Part shown: in pieces, positions 1-6,000 of the stretch
Layout: the number at the start of each line of letters is the position of its first letter
Numbering within the stretch: the stretch's first letter is position 1
Source: a virus
Direction: 5' to 3' (one strand)
Virus record (IMG/VR): IMGVR_UViG_3300032291_003679
Span: 94,022-158,021 of that record
DNA length: 64,000 nucleotides
Program-made: the position numbers and the translations under genes
The notes under the pieces: model-generated
Told to the model about the DNA's origin: nothing
Database searches by the model: none
What the model saw: the letters and a program-made list of their open reading frames with translations, nothing else

Positions 1-3000
1 ACCATTGACTGCAGTTCACTACCCGAGAATCGTGGCTCGTTACCCTTACTTGGGGTCCACACCGAACCCCTGTTCTGCGTGGCCGCTTCTAGGGTGTACG
101 CCAGGTCGGTAGCTTCGATTATTTTGTTGCGATTTTCTCTGGTATTAAGTTTTGGAAAACTCTTGTCGATAAATTCGTAAAGAGCCTCGTAGACGGCGTA
201 TTTTGGCCTCTTCATCTCCGTGTCGAACCTCTCGCCAGTATCAGATTCTTTCCATACCGATTTTGCGTCTGGAAGAACTCCATTGCGAATCATTTGAGCA
301 ATTGTTGCAGTAGGAATTCCTTTTCTTCTCCACGCATCATTGATTCCGATGGAATCCGTTCCAAAGGCTGATGAAAGTCGCTCCTGTAGACCCTTCTTCC
401 ATTCTTTTCTATCAATTCCAAGATAATCAAGAAGCGAATCAAGGTCGAAGTCTTCTATCGCGGTCTTGTCATCTCTGATTATTTCCCCAGAATCATCTAT
501 AGAGCCTTCTTCTGGCAGAAGCATGTCAAAAGATTCACCATAAAGGTCTATCTCTGCCTCAGAATCTCCTCTTGTTGCACTGTCTGGATAAAAACGGCCC
601 GAGGCTCTAAATTTAGATGTTTCACTTACTTCTCCAAGTTGAACATATTCCTCAGGGGTCATTGATTGATTTTCTTCAACATCAAACCAATATGGGAACG
701 CATCTTTGCCAAACGTTTCAATAATGAATCTGTCACGCATATTTGCGCGGCCAGCATTTTCAGATGCCAAATCAATTTGCGAAATGTCTTCTATGATGTC
801 GCCCTCTGGGGACTGCACTACTTTTTTGGCTTCATTTGCAGAAACTGGAGCAAAGTATCTCCACGCTGAAAGCTCTTTCTGCTTACCGAGTTCAGCAATC
901 AAGAGGCGCACAGCGTCGTGGTTGATTCCAGCATCTGGTTCTCTCATCTTTGCTGCGTTAGCAGGGCTCAACCCAAGCATCTTAGAGATTTCATCCCTTG
1001 TTGCTGGTCGTGACTGTGTCCACCTGATTGTCGAACCGTCTTCGGTATTAAAATTTTCTCTTGAAGTAAATTCTGTTGGGATTCTTATCGTGTCAGCAAG
1101 CTTGTCAATAGAGAGCATCCACGTTTCGGCCGACGGATTCTCGTTTTTGTTGTTGTCACTAATTTTGCCAATACGCACACGTTCTTGACGTGCTTTCATC
1201 GCTTTGCCAACGTTCTGCATTGCGCCGCGAGTGCGTGATTGACGCACCGGCACTGAAAGCGAGTCGTCATCTATGTCAATCGCTATGCCGCGCTTACGTA
1301 CGCCGTCCCATGCCTGCATGGCGAACTGAAGTGCTTGTCTGTTTTTGCTGGAGTTTGGGTCTCCGTTTATTCTCAATCCGGCGAGCTGTTGTGCGCTTAG
1401 GCTACCTCCGTAGATATTGCTTCCAGAAATTTTTCTGCTTCTACGTGTCAGGCGTCTGCTTCCATCGGTGGTTGCTCCACTAGACAGTGTCATTCCTAGA
1501 ACGTCGTCGATGTCACCTTCGTCAACTACTTCATCATCGTCGTCACCTTCTGGAAGTACGAAATCGTCTTCTCCAGGTTTTCCATCTTCACCGAATTCGT
1601 AATCTTCTTCATCAATTTCAGTAATGATGCCTTCAACTTCTTCAGAATCACCATCATCATCAACTGGTACAGGAACCACAATAACTTCGTCGTCTTTTTC
1701 ATCAGTAGGACGAGCTGGGAATCCATTTTCCAGTTCTGAAAGCGACATGGCATTAATTGCCTTGTACCAATCTGGAAGAGGAATCCCGTCCTTATCACCG
1801 AAGGCTCCTCTATCAAGCTCTGGTGGGATATGCCCATCTACAACAGCTTGCTTCATTGCATCACGTATTGCTTTTGTTCGCTCGTCATGCAAGTAATAAA
1901 AGAAACCAGCATTGCCTGGGTCTAACATTTCTTTTGCGCGGGAGAATGCAACATGGACTAGGTTTCCCTCTTCCATGAAGCCAATACCAGCTTCGCCTTG
2001 CGCCAAGTTGCTTGGAAGATTCTGGGACGGGTCTCCCATGTCTTCTGCTACTGCGACGAATCGAGACTCACGACCCTTAGAGAGCTGCATTGTTGTGATT
2101 TCAACATCTCCGCCCCCAGTCTTGGCCGCATCGCGCACTGCTTGAGCAATTTGTGCAAGTATCTCAGTGCTTTCTTCTAGGGTTTCACCTTTAATAACAA
2201 AACCGTCATAATGGCGACGCCCAGCCTGTCCTTCAATTCTAAAGCCACGCTCAGCTTCCTGCATTACTTCAATTTTGTCCTGAAGTCCAAGCTGAATGAT
2301 TGCTTTTTCAAGGTCCCTGCGGTATCTGCCGTTGTTTGAGCCGCGACCTCCTGGTGGAGTATTTACCTTTTGACTTCCGTCTGGCCTGTCTATTGGTCGA
2401 CCGGTGTCCACGCCGTCGCCGGTTATTATTATTCGACCAGTTGCTTTTCCTGGGGATTTGTCACTACCCCCTTCAATTTCAAGAGCAGCATAAACAGCTT
2501 GCTTAAACGTGTCGTCAACGTTGGGAATAATGAAAAGCTTTTCTCTCTGTGTTGATTTAGCTTTCCATGCGGACTTTTGTCTTCCGGCTATTTCTCTTAT
2601 TTGGTCAACACCAACATTCCAGTTATCGAGTTCCATCGTCTTGCGTTCTGGAATTAAAACTGCTGGGATTATGTCAATTTTTTCCTTGCCCTTGGCTTTG
2701 CCTTTTTCGTGAACCCCTTTAACGACGGTTCCCTGAAGGAGTTCTAGCATTCCCTTTGTGCCAAGAGCTTTGCCTGTTGGGTCATTCTTGGGTGGCTTCA
2801 TTATCAAGTTATAAGCAGAACGTGCTTGCTGATATCTTGCTTGACTAAGAGCCTTTTGTAGCGCGCCAGTTGTCCAGACGTTGCCTAGCCACCCAGATGC
2901 CTGTGGTTTACCGAATCGTGCAACATAATCTCGCTGCTGTTGTGGTGTTCGGTTAATAAAATCAAGATGCTTCGTAAAGGTAACTAGCTGCTCCCACTTG

Positions 3001-6000
3001 GATGCTGGAATAATTACTTCCGGCAACTTTGGCATGCCGCGTTCGTCTTTCTTAACAGCCCTGCTGTTAATGACGATATTAATAAACTTAAGAGCTTCGT
3101 TGATTATTTCGGCATTTGTTCTACACAAAATCATCGTCGGCAGATTTCCCTTGTCGGCCTCTTCGTATCTGTCGACTATTCTTCCTTCCTTTGGCGCGTA
3201 AAGTTTATCTCTTAATTCCTTAAGGGCTTTATCTTGCTCTCTTCTGCTTAGGGATGAAATATTTAGCTTCTCCGTGGGGGAAGAATATTTTTTCTCAATT
3301 TTAGCAATCAGGAGCTCTCGGGTTGCATCATCAAGTTCTTCAACAGGGAAATTTCCGCGTCTGTCTTCTTTTGGTAACAATGGGTCAAACTGTCTATTAA
3401 TGACCGTTTGTGCCTGACCCTTAACATGCTTCCATGCAACTGGTTGTGGAACCCCTTGCTTCGTTAGATGCAGGTTCTGTCCACCCAAAACAAGGTTTGT
3501 CGCATGACCGATAACTCCGCCGTATCTAAATGACTCAGTAATGCTCTGCGCATACTCCGGCTGTAGTGACTCAAGAATATTTTTTGAATCACGGAATGCG
3601 TAAACTGCTTGCCTGTCGTCGCCAACAATTATAATTGGAAGTTTATCCCTATTTCTATCAAGGACAGTTTCCAGAACTTCGTTAGTATCTTGCGATTCGT
3701 CAACCATAAAGGCACCGAGAGGATTCTCTGGTGTCGCTACTTTTTTGCGTAAAGTTGCTCTGGACGTTTTCCCGGCCTTGTCCGAAATCGTCGTAACAAT
3801 CCACTCTTCTCCATCGGCAACATACGTATCGCCTTCACTAAGAGATGACGGAATGGCGACTTTTGCTCTTGTCTGATTGCTTGAATGGGTAATTAAGCCT
3901 GGGTCTGTTCTTAGGTCTGGGTCCGTCAGCATCCAAAGTTTTGCTATTAGTTCCATTGATGGCATAACGTTAGAGTCACCATCTGAAATTTGGTCAACTA
4001 TCGACTGGACCGAATCAATCCATAGCTTTGGAATTGCGCTTTCCGGCAAAATGCTATCTACTCCGCCGGGCTTTTTCCCATGGCCGCGCGGCGTATCTAA
4101 GTCTTCTATGGCCTTTTTGGGCTGCATAAAATGTTGGGCAGTAACTTTTTCTTCTTTCGAAAGCCCCCATCTTCTGAGGGCGTTGGCAAGAAGGTCACCC
4201 ATTTCAGAAAACTCTACGAACTCACCGTTTGGAAGTTCGAATCCATCAACTTCTACTTCAACTTTTGTTTTTTTGCCTTTTTCATTAAGGACTGGCTTGC
4301 CTGTCGTGTCTACGACAGTTACCATCTTTTTTTTCTTTTTTTGGTTTGGCCACTTGTTTATTTCAAGATGTTTTACAAAATCTTCACCCGACTCAAGCAC
4401 TACCCATCCCAATGCCTCTAGGCCTGGGTCTTCGCCTACAAATGTTTCTATTGTTCCATCAAAAGTTTCCCTGACAAAGTTTTTACCAATCATCTTTTCG
4501 ACGTCTGGTGTTTCTTCTTCGCTTTTCCACTTCGGATTACGTCGCATGGACTTTTTGCTATCGCGGGATTTGTTTAGCATTACCAGCTTCCGGCGCATAC
4601 CTTTTCCATACCTGGCGTCACCTTGGCCAAGGCGTAGCGACCACTGCCACAATTTGTCCGTTGTTGCAATACCAGTGTTTTTGGGGAATTCAACTTCAGC
4701 TTCTAATTGGTTTTTAGTGTTAAACACCGTGTAGAAAATGTTGCCAGTTTTATTAGCTTTTGCTAAGTCTGCTACCGTTTCTTCAATCTTGTCTGCTGGT
4801 ATTTTGCTGAAATCAACACCGTAAGTATCTGACAGATACGCTAATTGTTCAGCCCTGCGGACATCGCCTTCTGGCCAGAGTTCAAACTCTCTCTGAAGGG
4901 CCCACGCAATGCTCTTTAGTGTTGTTGTTTTGCCCGTTCCTGCACCAGCAAGAACGCTGAAAACTGCTGGATTTCTTTTATGTATAAGCGACATTGCTAC
5001 AGCTATGATGTCACGCTGTTCGTTAGTTGGTTCGTCCTTAAGGGCGAACGCAAGCCCAAGAGAGACTTTCTCGTCTATCCGTTCAATGTCTGCGACACCT
5101 TTTTGTTTGCCCTTTGGTGTTCCACTAATCGGGCCATCTTGTTTGCCGCTAGCTAACGCACCAGACGGAGTTATAACAACGCCGTCCTTGTTTTTGGCTG
5201 GGAGCCCTTCGAGTGACCGAGCGAGTTCTCTTTCGGAAGGGCTTGATGGAACAAAATCGTCAAAAGCTTCGGAGTCAAGAAGGTCTTCTAGCGGTCCTAC
5301 TATTGTCGTTGTCGGTTTGATTGGTTCAATGTCTTCGTATCCTGCAAGCATTGGCACTTCATACCATGAGTCCTCTTTGCCCTTGCGCTCATCGTCAGGG
5401 ATGCCGGCAAGACGACGCATTGTTGCCGAACGGTTAAGCAAGTAGTCGTTTGCTTGCTGAGCCTGAACGATTGCTCTATGAATTGCGAGAGGGTCTGAAC
5501 GTAGCTTCTTTAGCCAGCTATTTAGGTACAAAAGATGGTCTTCGCGTACTGTTGGCTCCAGACCCATTGACCCCATTGCGAATGCTGAACCTATTTCTGC
5601 AATCAATTCTTCGAATGCGTACTGGTCATCGCCGAATTCACGGCCCAGAGTTCTGTTTAGTCTTGTTGGGTGAGATGTCCAGTGAATTGTCTCATGCATT
5701 GCCGTCCCATAGAATGCGAGGGCATTCTCAAACTGTTCAAATGCTGGCATGTGAATCTTGTCAGTGGATGGACGATAAAAGGCTTGCTGGCCTTTTGATT
5801 CGACAAATGCTGGACCTATTTCTTGGATTACGTTTTCAATATCCTGCAACCGCTGCTCTTGGTTGATGTCAGTATCTTCAACTTCGTAATACTTGTTAGG
5901 AAGATTAGAAACATCATCAACGTTGTATACGGTTTGAACAACGTAATAGCGACCCATCTGGATTGCTTGTCCATCAGCGTTTATTACAGTTCTGCCATCA

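Noticed and set aside
363-611. LSSA (366-377) and RASG (597-608) as additional LSSG-type sites
   Set aside because: Imperfect matches inside an apparently folded region; could be chance
1925-5040. Intein as the explanation for the oversized helicase
   Set aside because: No splice-junction (C/S...HN-C/S/T) or LAGLIDADG motifs noticed; the insertions are dispersed
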